The notes under the pieces are model-generated. The model had not been told where the DNA came from. It made no database searches and saw nothing but the letters and a program-made list of their open reading frames with translations. The position numbers and the translations under genes are program-made. Shown one piece after another: positions 26,632-35,804 of a DNA stretch of 64,000 nucleotides. Source of the stretch: an uncultured delta proteobacterium (GTDB lineage Bacteria > Desulfobacterota > RBG-13-43-22). The stretch covers positions 772 to 64,771 of the forward strand of contig CAVQSS010000025.1 of assembly GCA_963716045.1 (NCBI GenBank). The letters are read 5' to 3'. Every line of letters begins with the position of its first letter. Position 1 is the first letter of the stretch.

Positions 26632-26826
26632 TTACAGTTCGAATCTTTTCCCGGTGATCGGCCTTTTTGGGGCGGAGGTGGGTTTGAGGTTCCCAAACAG
26701 TTCCTGCGAAAATTTAAGAAATTCCAGGTATTCATCCATGGAGAGGGGACGGCGCTCCCTCCTCAGGCGGTTCTGGATTTCGATATCCTCGGAAGTGATT
26801 TTGATATCCCGTTCGAAATCAATCAC
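26632..26826 (-). CDS. Small hypothetical protein (64 aa)
   Basis: GTG start overlaps the stop of the upstream small ORF (GTGATTGA). MIDFERDIKITSEDIEIQNRLRRERRPLSMDEYLEFLKF. No family recognised. Confidence 0.4.
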   Translation of the reverse strand: MIDFERDIKITSEDIEIQNRLRRERRPLSMDEYLEFLKFSQELFGNLKPTSAPKRPITGKRFEL

Positions 26827-26974
26827 TAGATCTTCCCTCCAGCTCGTTGAGTAGATCCAGGGACGAATATTTCAGAAAATAACTTCGGATTTCCTCCCGA
26901 TCCAATCCCCTTTGCCTTAACAGATGGACGAGGTCTTCCCGGTCCAGCGCAGACCTTTCGGGGTTGGCAGTCAT
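26819..26974 (-). CDS. Small hypothetical protein (51 aa)
   Basis: MTANPERSALDREDLVHLLRQRGLDREEIRSYFLKYSSLDLLNELEGRSSD*. Found by hand (below the ORF-track cutoff). Weak RBS. Confidence 0.3.
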   Translation of the reverse strand: MTANPERSALDREDLVHLLRQRGLDREEIRSYFLKYSSLDLLNELEGRSSD

Positions 26975-27067
26975 GATCTTGGATTGTTTGATGATAAAGA
27001 AACCGATTTACCTTTCAAATGAGAAGAGTATAGAATAAGCCAAATGAGGGGGCAAGGAGAAAACGCC

Positions 27068-28195
27068 ATGGAAGATTCGAACGTCTATCAAAGGTTGGCC
27101 GAACACTTGGGGAATGTCGGCATGGGCTACCCCATCCGGGAGACCCTGCTGGAAATCCTGAAAGAGAATCTTAACCCGGCCGAAGCGGAAATCGCTCTGG
27201 CGCTTCCTGCCGGGGTGATCCCTTTTTCGACTGTCAGTGTTTCCGAAATAAAGACCCGAGTGGCCATGTCTCCGGAGGAACTGGAATCGGCCCTGGACCG
27301 TCTGGCCGAAAAAGGGCTTTTGTATTTGGGGCCGACCGCGACCGGTGAAAAGGGGTACGCCCTGTTGCAGGTGGGATTCGGGTTCCCTCAGACCTTTTTC
27401 TGGAAAGGTGAAGACACGCCGCACGCCCGCAAGATGGCGCTCCTGGTGGCGAAGTACTTTAACCGGGAGGTTACCTCGGAGGCCTACGGCAGCCGAAGCA
27501 AGCATTACCGCTACATCCCGGTTGCCAAAGCGATCAAGCCTGATCTGCAGGCGGTCTTCCCGGTTCAACTTATGGAGCAGGTCATAACCAAGGCCAGGCG
27601 TATCGCCGTGGCGCACTGTCCCTGCCGCGTCTCGTATCGACTGGTGGGTCGAGGCTGCGAGCATCCCACCGAAGTCTGCCTGAAATTCGACGAGTTGGCC
27701 GACTTCGTCATCGATAAAGGTCTGGCCCGTGAGCTCACCAGGGAAGAGGCGCTCGAAGTGATCCGGGTAAGCGAGGAGGCCGGACTGGTTCATTTCGTGG
27801 ACAATGCCGAAGGCGAAATCAAGCACAACTGCAACTGTTGCGGCTGCGCCTGCTGGAATGTGGGCAACATTCGGAGGAGAAAAATTCCGCGGGATGCCAT
27901 CATGGCCACGTACTTTATGAGGGAAACCGAATCCGGGGGATGTTCGGGTTGCGGCGAGTGCGCTACCCTTTGTCCGGTCGAGGCCGTGCGAATGGAAGAC
28001 GGCGTACCGATCATCGATCCCGATTGGTGCATCGGTTGCGGTGTCTGCGCCACGGTGTGCCCCTCCGAGTCCGTGATCTTAAAGGGGAGAGAGGACCGGA
28101 TCGGGGTCAAGCCCGCCTCAACTTTCCGAGAATTGCATCAAAGGATATTGGAGGAGAAAAAGGCGAAGACCCAACAAGGGCCTGCTGGAAAATAA
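27068..28195 (+). CDS. Fe-S protein with Cys-rich motifs and a C-terminal 2x[4Fe-4S] ferredoxin domain
   Basis: ATG 27068, 7 nt after AGGAGA. Motifs HCPCR, CNCCGCACW, CSGCGECATLCP and CIGCGVCATVCP. Confidence 0.75.
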   Translation: MEDSNVYQRLAEHLGNVGMGYPIRETLLEILKENLNPAEAEIALALPAGVIPFSTVSVSEIKTRVAMSPEELESALDRLAEKGLLYLGPTATGEKGYALLQVGFGFPQTFFWKGEDTPHARKMALLVAKYFNREVTSEAYGSRSKHYRYIPVAKAIKPDLQAVFPVQLMEQVITKARRIAVAHCPCRVSYRLVGRGCEHPTEVCLKFDELADFVIDKGLARELTREEALEVIRVSEEAGLVHFVDNAEGEIKHNCNCCGCACWNVGNIRRRKIPRDAIMATYFMRETESGGCSGCGECATLCPVEAVRMEDGVPIIDPDWCIGCGVCATVCPSESVILKGREDRIGVKPASTFRELHQRILEEKKAKTQQGPAGK

Positions 28196-28704
28196 CTCAA
28201 GCAAGATCTTTATAACAGTCTCATATTGTATTACACGGGGTGTTCTTTTCCGCCCGCTTCGCTCGAGTTCTCCGAGGGCGCAGAAAGAGATTAGTTTTTG
28301 AAAATCGCTGAGACGCCGATTTTTCAAGAACTCACGCCTCCGGCGGGGTCTTTTCGCGGAGCGGGAGATTTTTTTGATTGCCGGCCTCTCAGCGGCATCA
28401 AAAATTATTTATTCTCTGCTCTCTGTGTGCTCTGTGAGAGATCGTCTTTGTCTTCGGTTGTGGCTGGGCAGGTTAAGAAATCCTGTCAATATTACTTTGA
28501 GCCCGTTACTGATTCGCCCGCGGCAGCTTATTGAAATGCCCTCGCCGCTGCCCCGTTCGATGGTCGTCTGGATCCGGGGTTTGCTTCACCAGCTCCAGAT
28601 ACTTCCGGATGAGGATTTTCCCGTTCATAGGGGATGTTCCAGTCCGACAGGAAGGGCGGGCCTCCCCAGACTCCAACAATGCCTTCGAGGCGTCCAATCC
28701 TTCA

Positions 28705-29247
28705 TTAAAGGTCGGTGGACTTTTGCCTTAGCGCTTCAAATTCAAACAAGGGATCAAATTTTTCCTCAACCCACCGCTCGTTTTTCAGCCAGTAATCGGA
28801 AAGCCTTTTCAGTTCACCTGTCCCCTGAAGGATTTTGAGAAAATTTTCCATCCAGTTGATCAGCAGCGGATCCGTGCCCTGAAGGGCTATTCCCAATGGT
28901 TCGAAGGAAAAAGCTTTAAGCGAAGTCAGCAACCCCCGGTTGGGATGGCGGATCACGGCCATGACACAGCTCAAAAAATCAGCGATCATGGCGTCCGCCT
29001 GGTCTTCCAGAACCAGGCGAATGGCCTCGTCATAATCCCGGGCCGGGATCGACCGGGCTTTGGGGATCATTTTTTCGGTAAAAGACTGACTGGTGGAACC
29101 TTTAAGGAAGGTCAGGGTAGTTTGCGGGCTGTCGATATCGCAGAGTTCCTGGCACTTGACAATGTGATCGGCTTTGGTCAGAAAAGCCTTGCCGGTGAGG
29201 AAGTACGGGCCCACAAAGGCCATTTTCAGATCTCCTTTTTGGGTCAA
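28705..29247 (-). pseudogene. N-terminally truncated type-3 (polar amino acid) substrate-binding protein
   Basis: Begins at the mid-domain motif ...KMAFVGPYFLTGKAFL. The usual signal peptide and first ~90 aa are absent. Only 8 nt separate it from the stop of the upstream mltB-like gene. Confidence 0.55.
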
Positions 29248-29255
29248 TTCTTATG

Positions 29256-30089
29256 CTAACCCTGTTTCCTTAATGCCCGCGCATAGGCAAAGACGGCCTG
29301 GACATAATTTTCGCAGTGGTTGTAGGCGTATACGGCTTCCGTCTTTTTAACGGGATCTTTCGGGGACCAGCCGAAGGACTTCAGGTAGTTGGCCATGCTG
29401 GCGAAGGCATCGGCCAGGTTATAGAGGTCAACCTCCCCGTCGCCGTTGCCGTCCGCCCCGTATTTTCTGAAGGAGGAAGGCACAAACTGCGGTATGCCGA
29501 AGGCCCCGGCCCAGGAGCCCTTCACCGCGAGCGGGTCTTTTTTCTGTTCCCGGCACATGAGCAGCAGATGACCGAGTTCTCCTTCGGCCCAGGCGGAACG
29601 CCGGTTCTCGATGAGGGCCATGGTGAGCAGGCTGTTGAAAACGGAATGGTTTCCCGTAAACCGGCCGAAATTGGTCTCGATGCGGAGAATGGACACCAGG
29701 ATCTCCCGGCCCACCCCGGAGGCGGCTTCGATTTTCTGGAGGATATGCCGGTTGTCGCGGAGCACAACCTTGCCCTGCTTCACCGACTTTTGGGTGAGCA
29801 GCCCAAATCCCCGTCCCGTGTAGTTCAGGCCCTTCCCCTTACGCTCGACGATCTCCGGGTAGAGCGTCACCCGGTTGTCTGAAAAAACTTGGGAAAGTTC
29901 CTTTTCCGACAGGCCGCGGGCCTGGAGCCTTAACCGCAGTTCGTCCAGCTTTTCGCCGTAAGGCTGAACCGCACTCGCCAGAGTGGAAGTACCGGTAGCG
30001 ACCAGCAGGGAAATGCCCAGCAAAAAACCGACGATTCGAGATGTCCTCAGCAATGAACCCTCCTTTTTCTGAAAATGCCGGCCGATCAA
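29256..30089 (-). CDS. Lytic murein transglycosylase (MltB/SLT_2 family)
   Basis: GSWAGAFGIPQFVPSSFRKYGADGNGDGEVDLYNLADAFASMANYLKSFGW. N-terminal signal/anchor present. Confidence 0.85.
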   Translation of the reverse strand: MIGRHFQKKEGSLLRTSRIVGFLLGISLLVATGTSTLASAVQPYGEKLDELRLRLQARGLSEKELSQVFSDNRVTLYPEIVERKGKGLNYTGRGFGLLTQKSVKQGKVVLRDNRHILQKIEAASGVGREILVSILRIETNFGRFTGNHSVFNSLLTMALIENRRSAWAEGELGHLLLMCREQKKDPLAVKGSWAGAFGIPQFVPSSFRKYGADGNGDGEVDLYNLADAFASMANYLKSFGWSPKDPVKKTEAVYAYNHCENYVQAVFAYARALRKQG

Positions 30090-31264
30090 GAAAGCGTGAA
30101 ATATCCGTCGGGGGCCAGGCTGGTGGCCAGCATGACCATGTTGATTTCCCGATGGTCCGTCCAGCTTGGAACCGCGCGGTTCCGGCGGTCGAGCCAGAAA
30201 GACTCGATCTCTCCCCGGAAAGACCCGTAGGCGGCGAGCCGTTCGATCCGGGTGCGCAGTGAAGGCTCCGTTCTTAGCGGCCTCTGCTGGTTTTTTGTGA
30301 ATTCCTCGAGTTTTTCGATGGCTCGGAACCCGATGGACAATCCCAGCTCCCGGAAAGCCAACCGGTGGGCGGCGGGGTAATCCCAGGGATTTTTCCGGGC
30401 CAAAGCGGCTAAGCCGGAGAGGGAGGCATCCAGCAGGTTGATCGGCAGATCGGGAGGGAGATCCTTTCCCGACGCTGAAAGTTGGGCGGCCCGATAGGCG
30501 TCGGTCATCAGGCCTCCGAGCCCCAGGGGATCATCCGTTTCCCAATCCTGTTGCTGGCACATGCGGGCCATCTCGGCCAACTCCGCCGTGAGGTCCTGAC
30601 CCGGGTTTTTCAGGGGATCTTTTTCCCCGGTTTCCCTTAGTTGCGCCTGAGTAATGAACCCGTCCAGCGGATCATGGTGCCCCATGGAAGGGACCAGGGG
30701 AAAGGAAAGGTCGATGCTCATTTTCCAATACATCCGGTTTCGGATCCCGGACGGGGAAACGGTGACAAACCGGGCCTGGGCCGTTCGAGCCAATTCCAGG
30801 GCCCAGCGGTTATATTGCCAGTCAGCGGTGGCCCGGCTGACCTGGTTGAGGGCCTGCATCCATTTGGTCAAGTAATGGAAGTATTGGCCATCCCGGTCCC
30901 ATTCCAGTTCCGCGTCGTAGGCCTCGACAATCCGGCGCTCGGGCAATGGCTTGCCTATCCGAAGTCCTCCGAGGGTGGGGTGTCCGGCGCCTTCCTCTTC
31001 CCCCAAGCCGCTGATCCAGCCGGTCCGGGAGTCATCGGGCCGGTGCCGGCCGAGAATTTGATGAACCTGAACCACCAACCGCAGGGCCAGGTCCCGGAAT
31101 TTCTCTTCCCGGGTTTGTCGGTAGAGTTCCAGATAGTTGCAGACGGCAAAGGCGTCCGTCCATAAATAACGCTTCGGGGACTTCCCGGATCCCGAGAGCC
31201 CGGTCAGGTCGGAAAACTCCAGCATGATTTCCCGAACCTTATCCAATAAAATGCTTTCTTTCAT
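30086..31264 (-). CDS. Conserved-looking hypothetical protein (392 aa)
   Basis: Long ORF with good coding character. ATGA overlap with the downstream mltB-like gene. No family recognised by eye. Confidence 0.6.
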   Translation of the reverse strand: MKESILLDKVREIMLEFSDLTGLSGSGKSPKRYLWTDAFAVCNYLELYRQTREEKFRDLALRLVVQVHQILGRHRPDDSRTGWISGLGEEEGAGHPTLGGLRIGKPLPERRIVEAYDAELEWDRDGQYFHYLTKWMQALNQVSRATADWQYNRWALELARTAQARFVTVSPSGIRNRMYWKMSIDLSFPLVPSMGHHDPLDGFITQAQLRETGEKDPLKNPGQDLTAELAEMARMCQQQDWETDDPLGLGGLMTDAYRAAQLSASGKDLPPDLPINLLDASLSGLAALARKNPWDYPAAHRLAFRELGLSIGFRAIEKLEEFTKNQQRPLRTEPSLRTRIERLAAYGSFRGEIESFWLDRRNRAVPSWTDHREINMVMLATSLAPDGYFTLS

Positions 31265-31473
31265 TCATTCGTCCCGGTCTTCCTTGAAATTATAACACGG
31301 CGGTGAGAGACAATCGAATATTTTTTCTCCACCCCGTACAGCTTCCGTCTCTCCATGGGGGTGCGCAGGGACTGGCCGGAATTGGGGCCGATTTTACGAA
31401 GCCGGTCTTTAAAGAAGCCTTCGAGACCGAATACCTCCAGCGACTTAAATGGAATCATATCAGGAAGGTGCAT
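31261..31473 (-). CDS. Possible small ORF (70 aa)
   Basis: 4-nt overlap with the downstream gene. No recognisable motifs. Confidence 0.2.
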   Translation of the reverse strand: MHLPDMIPFKSLEVFGLEGFFKDRLRKIGPNSGQSLRTPMERRKLYGVEKKYSIVSHRRVIISRKTGTNE

Positions 31474-31616
31474 TCAGGTTAAAATTTTCCTTTAGGATGG
31501 TCTGATTCGTGTTTGTCAATCGATATTGACCCATAGTCATGAAACATGATAATTTTACCCAGCCGATTTGTATTGCAGTGAACGAAGTGAACCCTCTTTT
31601 CTTAAAGGAGATTCTG

Positions 31617-32414
31617 ATGAAACGGAATCGGTCTTCACTGGGAATGCCATTGGTCCCCTGGCTGCTCTTCGCGCTTATTCTCCACACCCCGACGGCTGCT
31701 GTTGCCCTGGCCGATGGCGGGTCAGTTCAATCTTTCGAGCCTGCGGCAGTCCTGAAAGGGGGGGGCCTGTTTTTCATCCCCAACCGGGGTCAGCTCGATC
31801 CCGAGGCCCACTATGTCTTGCGGGGGGGCGACAAGACCCTTTTCTTCACCTCCCAAGGGGTGACCCTGCTCCTGAAAGGGCCGCGGCCGGCCGTGGCGGG
31901 CCGGAAGGAGCGGGCCGCCCTTATCGACGAAAACAACCTCTCCCGAAACTGGGCGGCGCGGTTGGAATTTGTCGGCGCCGAACCGGTGATTCCCCGGGGC
32001 CGTCTGAGCACCCCGACTCAAATCAGCTTTTTCAAGGGAACACCCGACCAGTGGCGGACAGGTCTTCCCACCTATGCCGAACTGATCTACGAAGGGCTTT
32101 GGCCGGGTGTGGACCTGGTTTTCAGCGGGGCCGCCGGCCGTATCAAATACGCTTTTATCGTTCATCCCGGGGCTGATCCGGAACGAATCCGCCTGGTCCA
32201 TAGCGGCCTCCTCGGCGGGAGCGACTACGATTACGGTTACGGCATCGCCGTGGATGGCTTAGGCCAGGCCTATGTTACCGGAGCCACCTATTCCGCGAAC
32301 TTTCCCCGGACCGTGGGGTTCCCTCATGCCGGGGGGGGAGAGGGATGTATTCGTGGCCAAGGTGCGGTCTATCTGGTCCATCTTACTCCCTGTCATCCTG
32401 AGGTGAGGAACTGA
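31617..32414 (+). CDS. Secreted SBBP (beta-propeller repeat) family protein, short, with an ambiguous or frameshifted 3' end
   Basis: ATG 31617 after AAAGGAG. Signal peptide present. FFIPNRGQLDPEAHYVLRG..., then a single SBBP unit GGSDYDYGYGIAVDGLGQAYVTGATYSANFP. A G8 tract sits at 32331-32338. Alternative frames restore RDVFVAKV and the PVILR* ending (stop 32404-32406). Confidence 0.65.
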   Translation: MKRNRSSLGMPLVPWLLFALILHTPTAAVALADGGSVQSFEPAAVLKGGGLFFIPNRGQLDPEAHYVLRGGDKTLFFTSQGVTLLLKGPRPAVAGRKERAALIDENNLSRNWAARLEFVGAEPVIPRGRLSTPTQISFFKGTPDQWRTGLPTYAELIYEGLWPGVDLVFSGAAGRIKYAFIVHPGADPERIRLVHSGLLGGSDYDYGYGIAVDGLGQAYVTGATYSANFPRTVGFPHAGGGEGCIRGQGAVYLVHLTPCHPEVRN

Positions 32415-32553
32415 TGACCTATTCCATGCTCATAAGTAAAGGATTACGAAAAGAAATGTTATGAGATGAAACCTGAAGGAAGAAGATTTTAGAGAAGCGG
32501 GACCAAAGACGCCCCAGACCTGGTCTTCCTTCCGAGGCTTCATTTTCACAACA

Positions 32554-34509
32554 TTAGAGTCCAAACTCAAGAACGAACCGTGTCCCTTTCCCACGTTCAA
32601 TCTTAATGGTTCCACCAATCTGTTTTGTCAGTATACCAACCAGTCTAAGCCCAAACCCGCTGGGATGTTCGATATCCGGGGTCCCCGGAATACCGTTCCC
32701 GTTGTCCTCGACAACCAACGTCGCCCGTTGGCCTTGGATCGTGGCCGCTACGGTGATCAGTCCCTCGTCCCGGCCAATGAAGGCGTATTTCATGGCGTTC
32801 GTCAGGAGTTCGTTGACGATCATCCCCACGAGAGACAATAGATTAACACCAAGCACGAAATCATCGATCCGTGTTTCGATTGTAATCGAAGACTGCTTGG
32901 GGAACAGGCCGATGAGCTCCTCGACCAGGGCCGGGAGGTATTCCCGGATCGACATCTCTCGCAAGTTCTCGGGGCGGTACAATCTGTCGTACAACACCTC
33001 CATGCTCTTCAAACGGCCCTTGGCGTCCTCTAATGCGGCGGCGGCTTTCGGGTCTTCCAACGTTCTTGATTGCAGTGGGAGCAAGCTCACCATAGTATTC
33101 ATGTTGTTTTTGATGCGTTGGCGGACCTCCCGAAAAAAAATTTTTCTCTCTTTCAGGAGGTGATTGATTTTCTCCTCGGCTTGCTTGCGTTCGGTGATGT
33201 CTTCGATGGCAGCCACCATTCCATATCCCTTTCCGTTCGGACCTAAGATCGGCGTCGCATTGATTGAGAGTGATACCCGTCGTCCGTCAGACCATTCAAT
33301 GGCATGTTCTACCTCAAAAACCGGTTGCCCAGCGGCCATCACTCGTCGGAAAGGCAGATCCTCATCAGGGAAAGGCCTGCCATCAAAATGAGTGATATGC
33401 CTGTCCGGGGCGTTATAAGTAAGTTGTGTGATTTGTTTTTTTGACAATCCCAATATCGATTCAGCCCTTGGGTTGGCAAAGGTGATTTTTCCTTCCCGAT
33501 CCAAAACCACAATTCCCACCGGGCTGGTGTTGGCAATGGAGTTCAAGAGGTTGTGATCCCGGCGCAACGATTCCTGGGCCTTTTTGAGTTCCGCGGTACG
33601 GATTTCAACCTGCTCTTTTAAATAATTACCGAAGAAACCGGACAGGATATTTTCAATGTATAGGTTGAACTCCCCTTTTCGATAAACCAAAACCACTGAG
33701 GCCAGAAAATAGATGGCCCCAGCGTATTGAGAAGATCTTCCTAACCAACCTATCGGAGAACCGACCCCTTTTTGAAACCAGACGCCGAGGAGACCGGTCC
33801 CTATCAAACTCAAGGCGATGGCATAAATTAAAATGAATAATTGACGGCTTCGTGTATAGAGTAAGATGAACAGGATGATCGTTATTTCATAGAACAGCAC
33901 AGCCCCACCCAGAACCCATTGTCTTATGAGTGTCGGCCCCACCCGCGAGGTGAAAGATTTGGGGACCATATGCGCCCAGGACCCCCAAAAGAGAAAAATC
34001 AAACCGGCGGCAATAATGGAATATACCGCAATAAGCTTTATCCTCCTGTTCCTGACGGTCAAACGCTGTTCCGTGAAGGAAAACGATAATACGGCGCAAA
34101 TAAAATGAAACAGGCCACCAAGGAGGCTCCCGGTATTGTGAAGGATAACAGTGATATTCGAGATATAATCGATGGCTATGCCGCTTAGAAAACTACCCAA
34201 CCCGTAAGAGATCATACCGGAACCTAATAAGAGAAAGGTCAACACGCCTGTCTTTAAAAACATTATCGATACTGGTACGGCTATGAGCAAAGGGATGATG
34301 ATAAGAAAGATTAAATTAAGGATAGGCAGCAGCCAAACCGGTTCATATGCCTTATCCGGAAAAACAACCGAGGATAGGATGAACAGGACGCCAAAAATGA
34401 AAACAGGTGAAACAAGGAGGCCAATTTTTAAGAGAGAAATTTTATCAGGTATTGGTCGTTCAGCCTGTTCCGATGTCGTAAAAAGAGGACTTAGTTTCAT
34501 GACGTTCAT
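32554..34509 (-). CDS. Multi-TM sensor kinase-like protein (PAS - HisKA_2 - HATPase_c) lacking the phospho-acceptor His
   Basis: About 8 N-terminal TM helices. PAS region present. The dimerisation motif reads REVRQRIKNNMNTMVSLL where the family has E-x-H-H-R-V-K-N-N-L. ATPase motifs NELLTNAMKYAF, DNGNGIP and GFGLRLV are intact. Confidence 0.8.
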   Translation of the reverse strand: MNVMKLSPLFTTSEQAERPIPDKISLLKIGLLVSPVFIFGVLFILSSVVFPDKAYEPVWLLPILNLIFLIIIPLLIAVPVSIMFLKTGVLTFLLLGSGMISYGLGSFLSGIAIDYISNITVILHNTGSLLGGLFHFICAVLSFSFTEQRLTVRNRRIKLIAVYSIIAAGLIFLFWGSWAHMVPKSFTSRVGPTLIRQWVLGGAVLFYEITIILFILLYTRSRQLFILIYAIALSLIGTGLLGVWFQKGVGSPIGWLGRSSQYAGAIYFLASVVLVYRKGEFNLYIENILSGFFGNYLKEQVEIRTAELKKAQESLRRDHNLLNSIANTSPVGIVVLDREGKITFANPRAESILGLSKKQITQLTYNAPDRHITHFDGRPFPDEDLPFRRVMAAGQPVFEVEHAIEWSDGRRVSLSINATPILGPNGKGYGMVAAIEDITERKQAEEKINHLLKERKIFFREVRQRIKNNMNTMVSLLPLQSRTLEDPKAAAALEDAKGRLKSMEVLYDRLYRPENLREMSIREYLPALVEELIGLFPKQSSITIETRIDDFVLGVNLLSLVGMIVNELLTNAMKYAFIGRDEGLITVAATIQGQRATLVVEDNGNGIPGTPDIEHPSGFGLRLVGILTKQIGGTIKIERGKGTRFVLEFGL

Positions 34510-34753
34510 TGTCTTTCTTTAAGGAATCTCGCGGAAACTTTTGGATTTGTAGTTATATCGTAGATTATTAAGGGAAAAAGTAAATTGAAAAACAACGATT
34601 AGCGTTTGGAATGCCGTCTCTTTTCAAAAATGGAAGCTTGAAGGGTACAGGAAGAAGCCGAAATAAAAAAGGATGGAGGGACCGGTTTAAAAAAAGAAAA
34701 GAATATCTACCCTGGATTGGTATCGAAGTCTTGCCGATGTCAACCGACAGAGC

Positions 34754-35371
34754 CTATTTGGCCTTGCCGCCAGCCGGCTTGTAGAAGACGTGCTCTCCGA
34801 CCTCGACCGTCCTGATATATTTGTTGGACCAGTCTGGGGTTACTTTCCGATGGTGGAAATACAAAGCTCCATCGCTTCGGTCCTTGAGTTGCCGGTTGAG
34901 GGCCTTGCGGGCGATTTCCTTGGCGTGCGAGTACGGCTCATCCTCCTTGGCGTCATCCGAATGGCCATCGCACCACCATGAGAACTGGCAGGCACCCTGT
35001 TCGTGGCCTTGCTTGACAACTCCACAGATGGTCTGTGGGAAGCCCTTATGGCCAATCCGGTTCATAACGACATTGGCGATGGCTTCCATCTCGGCATCAT
35101 CCTTGCGATTGGCCTCCCAGTAAATGGAGCGGGCAAGACAGGTGATCGCATCGTCCAAGGGTTCTTCGCCGGTCGGATCGACCGACTGTGCTTGGGGCTT
35201 ACTGATTTTCTCGGTCGGAGTGGGTAGCGCCTTACTGCCCTTGGCCGAGGCCTTGTCCTCTAATACCTCCGCCTTGCCCTTGACGTTCTCCTTTTGCGCT
35301 TGGTCAGCCGCGTTAGCCAAGCCCACCAGAAGGAATATCGAAAGATAAGTCGCAGCCCATATCTGACGCAT
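34754..35371 (-). CDS. Cell-wall hydrolase, SleB-like (Hydrolase_2 family), exported
   Basis: Signal peptide present. CLARSIYWEANRKDDAEMEAIANVVMNRI...CQFSWWCDG...ALYFH. Confidence 0.8.
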   Translation of the reverse strand: MRQIWAATYLSIFLLVGLANAADQAQKENVKGKAEVLEDKASAKGSKALPTPTEKISKPQAQSVDPTGEEPLDDAITCLARSIYWEANRKDDAEMEAIANVVMNRIGHKGFPQTICGVVKQGHEQGACQFSWWCDGHSDDAKEDEPYSHAKEIARKALNRQLKDRSDGALYFHHRKVTPDWSNKYIRTVEVGEHVFYKPAGGKAK

Positions 35372-35500
35372 AATCTAACCTCCCCGGTACCTTGCTGTTC
35401 TAACCTTTGAATGGACCACATTATACATATTTTTGGGAATACTAAATAGGATGTTTTTCGTTAGGCTGGAACCACTAATCCGGATGACTTCCGACTTAAA

Positions 35501-35707
35501 TTAATAGGGTTTCCGACAAACGATCTGGGCCAGGGCTCTTCTGGGGGTTTCCAAAAGGCCCTCTAAATAATGGATCACTTCCCAGTCCTTGAACCAGTCG
35601 TGCAGCTCCCCGGGCTTAAGCAGAAAATCAGGATTGTGCGGGCGGCCATATTGGGCCTGTTCGGTGGTGAAGGTTTCATAGATAAGAATTCCCCCTTTCG
35701 CACAAGA
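35501..35707 (-). pseudogene. 3' remnant of a class-I SAM-dependent methyltransferase
   Basis: Stop-to-stop frame with no start codon: AKGGILIYETFTTEQAQYGRPHNPDFLLKPGELHDWFKDWEVIHYLEG...CRKPY*. Confidence 0.6.
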
Positions 35708-35804
35708 TTAGGCCTACTTGCAATCAGGACGTACTGACCTTATTATAAGGAAGCAGTATAAAGGATCAAGTCTGAAAATGGCTGGAGATCCAGAGGAGAT
35801 TAGG

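Noticed and set aside
26564-26854. 96-aa plus-strand ORF
   Set aside because: It is antisense to the more plausible overlapping small-ORF pair, and it has no RBS or motifs.
28200-28700. Several 60-150-aa ORFs in the gap after the Fe-S protein gene (28298-28534, 28374-28838, 28506-28697)
   Set aside because: They mutually overlap and have poor coding character and no recognisable motifs. The region is probably non-coding or decayed, and I could not assign any feature.
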